Assembly: GCA_026026165.1 (NCBI GenBank)
Contig: JAPEUD010000015.1
Location: forward strand, 1 to 64,000
DNA from: Sarea resinae
Taxonomy: Eukaryota
Direction: 5' to 3'
Length of the DNA: 64,000 bases
Within the stretch, counting starts at the first letter, position 1, and each line of letters starts with the position of its first letter. Both the position numbers and the translations under genes were made by a program. The notes below the pieces were generated by a model. The model was not told the DNA's origin. It saw nothing but the letters and a program-made list of their open reading frames with translations, and made no database searches. Positions 51,990 to 64,000 of the stretch are shown here, in pieces.

Positions 51990-54900
51990 ATGGCTTTCGC
52001 CAGCGGTCTCAATGACCGCGTCGACGACATGAGGTTCCCAAATCCCCAGTCGCCGCCAAACGAGACGACCTTTCCCATTTACACATCTCCTTTCCGGGGC
52101 GACAACAATCATATGCAGAGTCATTCGCCCTCAGCCAACGAGATCCGCGCCAACTTACAGCGTCGATTCACCACTGATTCTGCAAAATTGCCCACCATGA
52201 ACCCGATGGGCCGCCAGCATGGTCAGGTGGCAGAGCCACTGGACCTCTCATCGTCTGTAAGTAGAAGATTCATGTTTCAAAGATTCATGTCAAGTATCAT
52301 CGCCATTCACTCCAAGGATCAGCCTACGTGGGCTATTGACGGCCGGGCGATTTATCGGCCGGGCTATTGATTAGCTGAGCCAATGATCATCACCCAGATC
52401 AACAGCTCTCATTCACTACTTGCGAACCCCCCTCGCTTCCTATCGTCTGTATAAAGCTGACCTCTCTCTATCTAGACCTTCCACAAAGTTCAACTCGTAA
52501 GCTCATTGCTATCCTTATACTTCCTGAGATCGACATTCTGACATTACATCAGCTTGAGAAGAAACAATTGGAATACGAAATGCTCAGGGAGCAACGTCGC
52601 AGATTTGAAGCTGAGATGCAACTGATCGACCTTCAACAGAAGAGAGAAGAGGAAGAATTGAGACAAATGGCCAGAGATTTAGGACGGGTCAATATTCATG
52701 CCGGGCATCAGAGTGAACCGACCACCCCGCCTGAGTATCGAGACTCGGTATTTCCGTCTGCTTTCTCAAGACCGAATCGATTCTCCGTCTCGAGCATGAC
52801 CTCTCCGCCAGGGCTGAGCAACCGGTCTGCTCGTTCAGGCTCCCAGATTGCCTCCCCTCCTTCAGATGTCTTTAGCGTCGCACAGGCACATACCATTTCT
52901 CACAAATTACCGTCAAAATCTATGCCTGGCTCAAGGAGGAACTCAGATGAGAATGAGGCAGAGTACGCCACTGAGGTCATGAACACAGATCATCGATCTG
53001 CAGCAACGTAAGTATTACTCTCATATGATCTTAACCAGCCTCTTCCTCCACTCAAGTGTGTTTACGGTTGTCTTACTTCTGCCTCTACTGGCTGTAACCT
53101 GCCGCGGCTGCCACTTTTCACTACTTGGCGGAGCTAGCGAATACCTAGCTAGGGCAGTGGTGTTTTGTAGTAGAGCTGAAAGGCGGCTTCAGACCATTCA
53201 CTTTTCACATCGCCGTTTACCCCATTGTTTTGTTCCGTGCGTGAAATTTATCTTCCCTATTGTTCCGGTATCGAGCGTTTTTCCTGTTAAGCTTATTGAT
53301 CGTGTCTTTATGGTTTCCAAGGCTCCTGGAATCACGTTGCTCTTTTTTTCTATACTATAAGATGCTTCTCTATGGCTGACAAGCGACAGAATGAATCGCA
53401 ACTCGATGCCCGCGACAGGATTCAACGGCCGTTCTCGGCATGATTTGCCTGACTTGGCTTCTGTACTCTCCCTTGGCCAGATCAATACCACAGGCTTTCT
53501 CTTTGGGGACGACGACGAGAAAGGCTCTGGCAAGAAGGAACAAAACCTTACCACGTCTCCTGATGTAAAGAGCTATCTTCAGATGAACGCAACCGATGAC
53601 AAATTTCCCATTCTCGTACGCCGAAACGATTATCCGGGCCTGGTGAGTCTCTTCAGACACGTTATTGAGTTATTTCTGACGGCTTCTTGCAGCTATCTGC
53701 ATCGTCTGCTGCATTGGACCTTGCTTTGTCTCAATCGCCTGGTCCTGAATCCCAAGCAAACGGCTGGCCTTCGTTTGCTCGCCATCGCCCTGGTCAGCAC
53801 AGTCTCCCTCTCAACACGCTCAATTCTCGCCACAGTATTGGCGACAACGACGGTTCTACGAAAGCACCTCAACCTGGTGCATCGGTCAGCGACTCTCTGA
53901 ATGGTAATGGGCGACTACACCGAAAGTCTCTCGAGGTGAAGTTCAGCCCCTTCGAAGACAGCAAGACGCCTGTTCAGACGGCTACACCGCCTGACAGGAC
54001 TCCACCTCATGGGCCTCCCAAGTTGCAATCATCGTACTCAACTAATGATATTCCCACAATGAAGAGTACAAATGGCCTGGGAAGTCTGAATGGGACTCCG
54101 AAAACTCATGCCCAGCAACATTTTCATAATCACAACGCAAGTCTTGGTCGCATTCCACCTAACGCCGTCAACAATCGCCACCATCGCGCTCTTTCCGGAT
54201 CAGATAGCCGCCAAGAAGAGCGAGCGAACAATTACCAGTCTATCGAGACTGGCCTTCAGGCTAATGCTGCTCCTTTTGGTCCGCCATTGTCCTCTCCCGA
54301 ACCCAGTGCTGCTACTACAAACTCAGCAAGCCCTCCTGGCATGACCGCATACAATCCCCCACCTTACTACGGTGGTTATGGGATGCAGATGCTAAATGCG
54401 AGTGTGAACAATCCGCCTCTGAATCAGCCGATGCAGTTCAGCAGCCAGATACAAAGCCAAATGCAGATGTTCCAGCCGCAAGCAGCATTTGCAGCTTATC
54501 AAGGATATAGTCCTTACGGCCGCTTCGGCGATAGTCAGGCTCGAGTTATCCAACAGAGACGTGTGCAGAATGGGGAAGGCAAGTTGAATCAACGTTAGCC
54601 TACGAGAGGCAGCCGTGCTAATACGAAAGCAGATAACGCGCGATTTGCCAATCTTCAGTTGGAGCATCTTCGTGGGGAGATATATGGATTGTGTAAAGAT
54701 CAGCATGGCTGCCGTTTTCTGCAGAAGAAGCTGGAAGAACGGAACGCCGAACACGTGCACATGATCTTTCTGGAGACCAATCAGCATGTCGTTGAACTTA
54801 TGACTGGTACGCAAATCTAACAGTTATAATTAGAGGTTACTCTGACTCTCCCCGCAGATCCCTTTGGGAATTACCTCTGTCAAAAGCTATTGGAATACGC

Positions 54901-56288
54901 GAACGATGATGAGCGCACCGTCTTAATCAACAATGCAGCGCCGCAGATGGTAAAGATTGCACTGAATCAGCATGGCACAAGAGCTCTTCAGAAGATGATT
55001 GAATTCATCTCCACACCAGAGCAGGTAGGCCTTCTGGACTCAGTACAAGTGTGAGCGACATTGATCTGATGATATCTAGATTCAAACGATTATCTGTGCG
55101 CTACAAGACAGAGTGGTAGAGCTTATCCAAGATCTGAATGGTAATCATGTCATCCAGAAATGTCTCAATCGTCTTTCCTCAGAAGATGCTCAGGTATATC
55201 TCCCATAACTGTCGATGATAGCTCTTATTAACGTCATCTTAGTTCATCTTCGATGCTGTTGGTGCAAATTGCGTCGTTGTGGGAACCCATCGCCATGGCT
55301 GCTGTGTGCTGCAGCGTTGTATCGACCACGCTTCTGGCAATCAAAAGGCCCAGCTGATTCGGCAGATTTCTGGGAATTCATTTGCTCTCGTTCAGGATCC
55401 TTTCGGTAACTACGTTGTACAATATATTCGTAAGTACCCTTTTGTTGAAGTCTCCTGAATGATCGACTAATTCTTTTATCAGTCGATCTAGGTGAACCTT
55501 CATTCTCAGAGCCTCTGTGGCATGGTTTCCTTGGAAGTATCCCGGCCTTGTCCAAACAAAAGTTCAGTTCAAATGTGATCGAAAAGGTGCGTTACATCGT
55601 TATCAATTGCTTGTAAAATAAAAGCTGACCTTCTCTTAAGTGTCTTCGCACTGCAGACCACAACACGAAGCAACTGATGATCGAAGAGATGCTCAACCCG
55701 AACGAGCTTGAAAAAATGTTGCGCGACTCGTTCGCCAATTATGTTGTTCAGACTGCTGTTAGTAGGCACCATAACTCTTTGAATGCAAGACTAATATAAT
55801 CCCCAACCCAGATGGATTACGCAGACCCGGAAACGAAGTCTCGCCTTGTCGAGAGCATCCGCCCAATTCTGCCAGCGATCCGTTCTACACCTTACGGTCG
55901 TCGCATTCAAGGCAAAATCCAAGATCGTGATGGGCGCTTGAGTGGTTCCTCGAGCGGCCAGATCACTCCAAACGATGCTTCATCACCCGGCCAAATTCCG
56001 CTAGCAAGGAATGCGGGTTCGACATTTCAAGCGCGGCCAGTATCGGTCCAGACGCAGAATGAATTCCAGAACACGAACGGCAATTTCAGCCAGTATGCGA
56101 GTCAGGGCTATGGCCAATCAAACGGTGGTATTGCATCTCCTACCCCGGCCAGTTCAAACCCTCAAGCAGCGCATCTAAACAATATCCCTTCGGCGCCCAA
56201 TAGTACCAAGCTCCCGGCCCAGAATGGGGCCCAACAAAACTTCTCTTATGGACGCGCTCCTCAGCCCGGAGGATTCAAGTACTTCTAA
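51990..56288 (+). CDS. PUF4: Pumilio-family RNA-binding protein, Puf4 type
   Basis: Eight PUF repeats with recognition triplets CRQ, NYQ, TRQ, NHQ, CCQ, NYQ, SNE, NYQ (the Puf4-type pattern); long low-complexity N-terminus; about 12 introns. Confidence 0.9.
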
Positions 56289-58448
56289 GTACTGTCATTC
56301 CATGGGTAACGATGAAACGATTTTTATGCCCTGACGGCTCGTCGATTGTGCAACCATTTTTTATCGACAGCAGCCTACGAATCGCGTCCACCTGCAATGT
56401 CACGTTAGTCTCCTTCACCACTGTACTGGAAGCAGCTCCAATATCCTTTGAGATATTTCTCACCGCCATTCAAGCCAAGCAAGCCATGCCATTCACATAG
56501 CATCTCGGGTGTCATCATTAGCACAAACATTCGCCTACGACCCTTCACGGCCACTGTCATACTAGATCTCCCCGGAGAGGAGAGCAATTAACGAAAATCC
56601 AAATGTAAACATCTACGAGGACCGATCAAACACCAAAGCGCGCGAGAGATCCGAAGAAACATAGTCACCGACTTGGCTCCATTTCCAGCATCTACACGTC
56701 GTTCTGGACATCTATTTTCCAAGAGAGACGAGATGTTGGAATCTCTCAGCCAGCCTAGGTTTTGGTCTTCTCTTTTCTTCTTGCCTTTTGTTCCTTGCTT
56801 CCGTTGTACACTACTGAAGCGCTTCATTTCTATTCGGATATGAAGACGAGGCTGTAGTTGTTGCTTGCATTTGTTCCTTATATTTTCATTTCCCTTCAGT
56901 CCTCTGTGTACTCGTATTTGGACATAGACCGACCCCGGCTCTCCAAGCTGCATCACACACCTGGGTCGCATGCCAATCAATCCCTCGTGCGTTTGTTGCC
57001 TTCGTCAGCAATAGCTGCTTGCCTGTCTGCCCGTTGTCCCTGATGCGCCAATTCTTCATCTAGGCAAATTCCTCTTACATGACTTGTTCGGGCTGTGCCT
57101 TTTTGATTATGAGTGCGCAACCTATTTTTCATGCAAGCTGCATTATTAGACCTCAGCATGCATAGCGAGCATTCAAGCAAGCAAAGCAACCGAGCATTCA
57201 TTTACCCCACCTTCCCCAAACATCCGTCTTATCTGAAAAAAAAAAATCTCTTTACACATTCCCGGCCCGATTGTCTTATCCGTCTTTTCTTTTTTTCTCC
57301 TTTCGTTCCTTACATGTTCTATATCGTGCTGCATGTTTCGTTTATCTTTCCTTCTTTCTACCCGTGTCATTAAACAAGAGAAATCCGAATAAAAAAATAC
57401 TTTACTTCTGCCGCAATATCTACGTTCGTCTCTGATTCAGCCCGAACGAACCTGCAGCTGAGTAGAGTGTAGAGAACACCTCTGCCTCCGCCATATATGT
57501 ATGAGGTGCTGATTAAAGGCAAACAGCACCCAGCTGAGCCAAAAGCCTAGTATGGCCCACACGGCCAGGTTATGCCAATTTGCCCAAATATCTAGATAGC
57601 CTACCTAGTACCTGCATGCATCCACCTTGATGATATCTGGATTGATTTTGAGTACTAGAACACCTGTGCTCAGCTCAGCTCATGGAAGTAAGTATTCCGA
57701 AGGCGGATGGATGACCCGCGAGAATGGAAAAATTACAGCTGCCTGCTCGAGGGAGAGAGAAAGAGGCCTGGTGGTGTGCATGGATGGCTAGGCGGCGAAT
57801 AGGGGAGGATACGTTCTGGTATTGTAGTGTAGTGTAGTGTAGTAGAGCGTAGTGTAGCACATCGTGACAGAGCAGAGCAGACAGACATATATATACAGAC
57901 ATATATCTATCTATCGATCGTATCACCTTCAAAACATATCCACACATCAAGATACCTACTCACATACTCACATACTCACACATTAACGGACCAACGAACT
58001 AACGAACCAACAAACGAATAAACCAACATAATCAAGTGTTCCCGCGCTTGACTCCGCCCTCGACGCCGCCCTCCGCCCTCGACTCCACGCGCGGCGGGGC
58101 ATAGCGTGTCCCATAGATAGCGTACCCCGTAGACAGATAAATAGATACATCAGAAGAATTTAAGCCGTGGCCCTTTCCTGGTCAGGCTCCCTCCTTAGGC
58201 CCTCATCGGATTATCAGATAGATGGACAGATATATGGATGAATAGATGGATAGATAGATATCTAGATAGATCAGGTAGCAAGATAGAAAGAATGATAGAA
58301 AGATGGATGATACGTACGCATAGGATGATTCAGAAGGTAGTCATAGGTGCGGGCTACAAGGACCAGAAAAGGTCCTCGTAGAAAAAGTCTCAAATGTCGG
58401 CATATTGAAATAAGGATCAGGAATTCCGATTTATTAATAGATAGATGG

Positions 58449-58478
58449 TTCTTCTTCTTCTTCTTCTTCTTCTTCTTC
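58449..58478 (+). repeat. (TTC)10 microsatellite within a simple-repeat-rich intergenic tract (57820-58750)
   Basis: Directly visible; nearby (AGTGT)n, (ATAG)n and (CAGCA)n tracts. Confidence 0.95.
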
Positions 58479-59856
58479 CACCCCCCATGCCGTCCCTGTC
58501 ATGGTCATGGTCATCGTCGTCGTCTCATTATGATATCCTTCCTATCCTACCCGCATTTGAAACTATCAATCAATCATCCAATCAATTTATTAGCACACTT
58601 CTCCCCATAACACCTCTCACAATTTGTCGGAGTAGATGTTAGTAGATTCTTTCCCTCCCGATGCCCGGGTTCCCTCGTTCTCCACGCTCACTCCGAATCG
58701 TGACTCTCCAAACACTCGTCTACTCCACCAGCACAGCACAGCACAGCACAGGGCACTACTAACTGAGGAATGAAAACCAAGGGGGAAGAGACTTTTCTTT
58801 TCAATTGCGCTGACTGTTTCGCTCGTTCGTTCTCCCTATCAGCCATAAAAAGGAATTAATCAAGCGATTCTTGACAAAAAGCCTCCCGCCTGTACCTGTA
58901 TCTTTCCTTTTACCCTGTACCCCCCAACCTTTTTTTTTCCGGATCCCCCTTTTCCTTTAATCCTGTTTCCTGCTCCATATCCTGTTCCTTTGCCCTTCTT
59001 GGATCCAGACCATATCTCATCCGATCCAATCCAATCCAATTCCCAATAGAAGGCGCCTTTGCCTGAGCGCTCAGCTTTCCCGAAACCTAGCCTCGTCCGT
59101 GCATCATCCCTCTCCTTGGGTGGTAGATTTCGGCATGCACGACAGGCCGTGACTTCGGACATTCCAATCCGTTGATTGGCTTATTACCCATAGTAGAAGA
59201 AAAAAATCAAGCTCAAAATACAATAACCCAATGCAACCCAATTGGAGAGGGGCGAGTCCGCGAAGACACAAACCCCAAAGGCCTCCGCGTGTACCAAGAA
59301 CCTAAAGGAAAATCCTGTATAACCCAACCAGATATAATGGCCCTAACCATGTATGAAAAGAGAGCGTCATGAAAAGAAAAGCATTCGTGTACATGCAATC
59401 GTGCTATCATAAGACGATCACGGAAAGCGAATAGTTCGTAAGGAATGACTCAAGACAGATCAAAATCGGACTTAACTTTTTGGCGCTGTATCGCTTTCTT
59501 CACCTCTGGTCCTGGAAACGCCGATGGTGACGGAAAATAAGGAAACGGACGAGGAAAAGAAAAAGATCCAATAGCCAAATAGCAACCAAAGTGGGAGTCG
59601 CGATCCGCGTGATGTTCTTCGATGCCTATTCTCAGGAAATCGATCTGGCCAAGGACACTGACCATCATGGCTCGTGGTGGAGACAGAAATCTGCTTCTTC
59701 CCGCCTTCAAGATAAGCCGCTGTAGCATCCATGTCTATCGGTGCCCGCACAGACACATAACCAATATCACACTCGGTCAGACTCGCTTATGGCTAATGCA
59801 CCGCATCGACGCCTGAAGCGGGTCCGAATAGTGATCCGTGCACCGTGTCTATCGCA

Positions 59857-61473
59857 TTACTGGCCAGTTCCTGACGAATAGATCTGCGGCTCATAGGAAA
59901 AGGAGTCTCCCTGAAAGTTATTAATACCACCCATCGTGTTCAGTCCGCCCATCGGGCCCTGCATGCCAATCACATTTTGGAAGGCCAAATTTGCGCGAGT
60001 AGGACCCTCGAACGGACTGTGCGACATGGCGCTGGAAGGGGTCATAGAGGCTGGTGTTGATGGAATGCTGACTGGCACCATAGATCCTGATCCAGGAAGG
60101 TGAGCCGACATGGCATTCAGCGGCTGCCCACTGGCAGTCGCCACCACGGATGTTCTTCGCGATGCTGGAGGAGAATGCATCATTGGTCCCGGCGTTGGCT
60201 GCGCAGACTGAAACGCGACCGGTGAAGTGGTTGCGGATCCTGGTGGGGTCGCCTGCGCGCCTGTTGGCATGGCCTTGGGCGTAGACTGCGGTACCGGATC
60301 ATAACCAACGGGGTTCCGACGCATCGAGCACGTTGGACAATTGCGAACAAATCTTGCTATGAGCTCCTTGGGAACCCTGAGAGCAAATATTAGAATCTCG
60401 CCGACGAGAAAAGAGGATTGCTCGGAAGAGAAAGTCATACCATGAATAAGATTTTCGAACCTGTGCCGACGTCTTGTCACGACCGCCATGTTGGCAATCG
60501 AGGTGTGCCTTCGTCAAGACCTGGAACAATCTCTCGCGCACAGCTACTGGCTTGCCTTCGTGGCATACAAGAACAGTCTGCTTCCAAAGACAAATCAGCT
60601 TCAGATCCCGGAAATGGCCAATGGAAGGAGACAGACCTGTGGGTTGTTGTACCCAACATTTTCGAGCGTAAACATCTTCTTCGCCCAAAATCTGCACCAC
60701 AACAGCATGCTTAGCAGACCGATCAACCTTATCGTATGATATGGTCCAATGTGCGGACACGGTAGGGAAAGGATGTAAAAGGATCCAGACTTGAAGTTGT
60801 GATCTTACCTAAACTGCGCCGACTCAATCGTTGTACACTTAGGATCACTCAGGACAGCCTCTATGTTGTCACATCGCTTTTTTGGTATCAAGGCCTTATC
60901 GCGTTTCTTTGGGGACAGAGAAAGGATATAGCTAGGGATGATTATCAGTCTTGACTCTCTGAAGAATCGGATGAACATAGGCTGAATAAAAACATACTCG
61001 TTCATGACCCTCTCGAACATATCTAGGCTGGGAAAGCCATCTGGCTGAGGATGGACCGGTATCGACCTCCCGTGGGGGAAGGTATCCTGACCTGGTGTCA
61101 TCTGCTGCTCCTGCTCCATTGCAAAGTGACCACCGGCGAGCTCCTCTAGAAGGTGCACATTTGGGGGCATTGCATGTTGCATGGAGGCCACGAGGGAGGG
61201 CTGGAGTTGAGGTTGCGAATAAGGATGTTGCAGGAAATGATGTGGAGCATGCATGGGAAATGCATCTTCGCCGGCCGTGACAACATACTGTTGTTGAGGG
61301 AAGTACTGCGAAGGATCGGGAGCTGTGAGGTAGGAGTGCGTCGCGTAACCATGGTGATGGAGCTGCGGTGGTGCCGTCGCGCTCAGGTTGTCATCGGAGA
61401 GTCGAGCACTCTTGACTTGGCCCACCACTCTGGACACCTCACTCTCGTGGACACGTTTCCCCAGCGAGTTCAT
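59857..61473 (-). CDS. Fungal protein with integrase-type HHCC zinc-binding domain (NOL4-like); 5 exons
   Basis: Spliced YILSLSPKKRDKALI...ESAQFRFWAKKMFTL...HEGKPVAVRERLFQVLTKAHLDCQHGGRDKTSAQVRKSYSWVPKELIARFVRNCPTCSMRR, flanked by Q/H/P-rich low-complexity arms; four canonical introns keep the frame. Confidence 0.8.
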
Positions 61474-61948
61474 CGCATTAAAAATGTCCAAGCGCGGACA
61501 GAAAACGAGCGAATTGCGAGGACGATGGCCGGTAAACGAGCGTAAATAGTTGAGGCAGTCCGGGGGGAGATTGCAGACCGTCGAGCAGCACGGGTCAAAG
61601 TATCGACCAGAAAGAAACAATGGACGTGGTCAGGAATGGAAGTTGTGGGGCAGGGCAGGGGAGGGGAGGGAGGCTGTTTAAAGGCAAGCAAGAGACTCGA
61701 CACTTCTTCGAAGCCACAGGGTTCAATTGGGGTGAGATGGGTGAGAAAGCGGCAAGAGGATTATGACGGTAGCAAGCCGGTTGGGGAAGGAAGACTGAGG
61801 ACGTGGGCTAAAATCCAAAAGCTCACGCTGGATCCGAATAGGAAACGGTTCAGTTGGTAACGAAGGACAGGAAGATAATCCTAAATGAGAAGGCAAAAGG
61901 GAAGAAGAAGAAGAAGAGGAGGGAATAAGAAGAATTGAAAGCGCTCAA

Positions 61949-61978
61949 GAGGAGGAGGAGGAGGAGGAGGAGGAGGAG
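61949..61978 (+). repeat. (GAG)10 microsatellite in the purine-rich upstream region of the NOL4-like gene
   Basis: Directly visible. Confidence 0.95.
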
Positions 61979-64000
61979 GTGGTGGAAGTGGAAGTGGTAG
62001 TGGTAGTGGAAGAGGAAGTGCAGGAAGGCGATGGCCGTGTAGAGGTAGGTAGAGCGAGTAAGTTCGTAGTGGTAGGTGGTGGTAGGTGGTAGGTACGATA
62101 GGCCTAGTATCCGTCGTGGTAGCAGCAGCGGACGAAGGAAGTACTTCAGTATACTGCGCAGGAAGGTAATACCTTAGAGTACTCCGGAGTAGAGTAGTCG
62201 TAGAGTGGTTAGTCGTGGTAGAGTCGGTGGTTAAGGTAGGTGTCTAGGCGGCCCTGGTCTAGCACTAGGGAGAGAGGGGCTTAGTGGCAGCCGGCGCAAT
62301 AGGAAAGGACGATCTGCTTAGGGTCGAATCCTCCCCGTAGCCAGACCAAGCGAACGAGGATCGAACGAACAAACGAACGAACGAACCCGTACTCGACATA
62401 CTTCTAGAGTACTTCATCCACGTCGGAGCCTTCACTCGACCGTGGCTAAATATCATACAGTATCTAAGGTACTCATGCTAGGTAGTAGAGTAGTGTACGG
62501 GGACGGGCACCATCCAGCCTTCTCTCTTTCCCTCTCTACAGATATCAGGCCGGTACCGCCGAAGAGAGATCTCGAGGTCGAGGCAATGGCGCTTCGATGC
62601 TCGAACACTCTTCGATGCCCTGTCTCCGGCTTTGATAGCAAGCAGATCGCCAGGTAGGTAGCCATCGCCAGGCCACGCCAGGCGATACCTTGGCCTTGGC
62701 CCTCGAGAGGTGGAGGGAGGCTTAGGTTCGATCAGGTTAGGACCTTCCAGGCCGATGGGGATCGGAGGCGGCAAGCAAGTGCTTTGTATCTACCTCGAGT
62801 ACCGACCTCCACCTCCACTACCTACCACCTACCACCTACCTCCCTTAACCTTCACCTCCAGGTCAGGTACTGCAGTAAGGTAAGGTCAGGCAAGGCAAGG
62901 CAAGGTACTGACCAACCTTGAGGTCCGTAATTGCCTCTAGTGGACAGACTACTGGCCTGATGGGGGCGTGAAGAGGAGGGGGAAGGCATAAGGGAACTCA
63001 GTACCTACATACCTACCTTACCTTACCTAACCGCACCGCAGAAAGGCCTGAGCTTGGCGAGGGAGGCTGTCGGCAGAGAGCAGAAGGAAGGAAGCATCAT
63101 CGCTCAGCTGGCACGGTTAATTCCCGTCCTCTCCAAAGGCTCAGCGTCGACGGGTAGGTAGGATGGGTCGCTGCGGAGAATCGTGATGTGATTGATCAGG
63201 TAGTCCGGAAGGTAAACAGAGGTTAGCGACAACTATCAGGTGAGGGCGCGCCTCTCCGTATCGGACAAGGTGACGACCTTATGGATGTGTACAGCGCTCG
63301 AGAGCATGGGGAACGGAGAAACCAACCGACCATGATTTCCTCCATCTTGCCTACCTTACCTTACTTTGCCTTACCTTGCCTTGCCTTGCACTCTAAAGCA
63401 CGGCGTGGAAAGAGAGATTGATGGGCAGCGAGCGAGAGGGAGACCGGGGAAGCGCAACCGGCGACCATCAAACGTCGCTAACGGGATCGGGGAAAATGGG
63501 GGGGCAGCCATGGGATGCATGGACGGGGTGAGGGTTAGCAGTGAACTTGAAGGTTCAATCCGTGGATGTTGCTAACAGATGATGCGCAGTACGGCCGACA
63601 GGGACGTACCCTGTTGGTGCTGGATGCAGGCGTCGGCAATAAGTGGGGCGAGGCGCACCATAGAGCCAGTAGACCAGAGGTAGAGCATCGCTCGCTCTAC
63701 TCCCGAGTACAGGCCACGTCCCGGTCGCCGTGGCCCGGTTTCAGGTCGCGGCCACGTCTCAAGTACTCCCCGAGTACCTTGTCTGCCAGGGAATATCGAC
63801 GATGTGCTGCTTTTAGTGCTCGGTAGTGCCTCCGTAGCTGACGGTGCTAATGCGGTAGAGCGACTGTCACAAGTCGTCAGCCACCGGCCAGACTTAGTAT
63901 TCCGCTCGCCACAGGTTCTCGACCCTCTCTCGACCCTCGGATTCGCCATTACCCTGCTCGAAAACCGCTCTCGACCTATCCGTCGATCATTGTTGATGAT

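Overview
Intron-rich nuclear DNA of a filamentous ascomycete (Pezizomycotina). The first 3.5 kb is a RIP-degraded Ty1/copia retrotransposon (RT-RNaseH plus 3' LTR). A solo LTR of the same family is inserted into it in antisense with a 5-bp target-site duplication, and the gene next to it appears pseudogenised. The rest is mostly core genes: complex I 75/78-kDa subunit, mitoribosomal Rsm27/mS33, RNase III (Rnt1/Pac1-like), a GNAT acetyltransferase, SelO/Fmp40, an aldo-keto reductase, the yhm2-citrate synthase-nrd1 trio, PMA1 H+-ATPase, a DCAF4/WDR21-like WD40 protein, ORC5, RNA Pol III RPC2, Puf4, and a host gene with an integrase-type HHCC zinc-binding domain resembling NOL4. Two small accessory islands (about 10.5-13.3 kb and 19.5-24.1 kb) hold decayed ORFs, RIP-like AT-rich tracts and a shared ~100-bp structured repeat. 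The second island also has a frameshifted zinc-finger relic resembling the C-terminus of Starship captain (DUF3435) proteins and a short fold-back element. No CRISPR, rRNA or convincing tRNA was found, and no complete novel system is demonstrated. Gene calls come from manual translation and motif recognition, not database searches.
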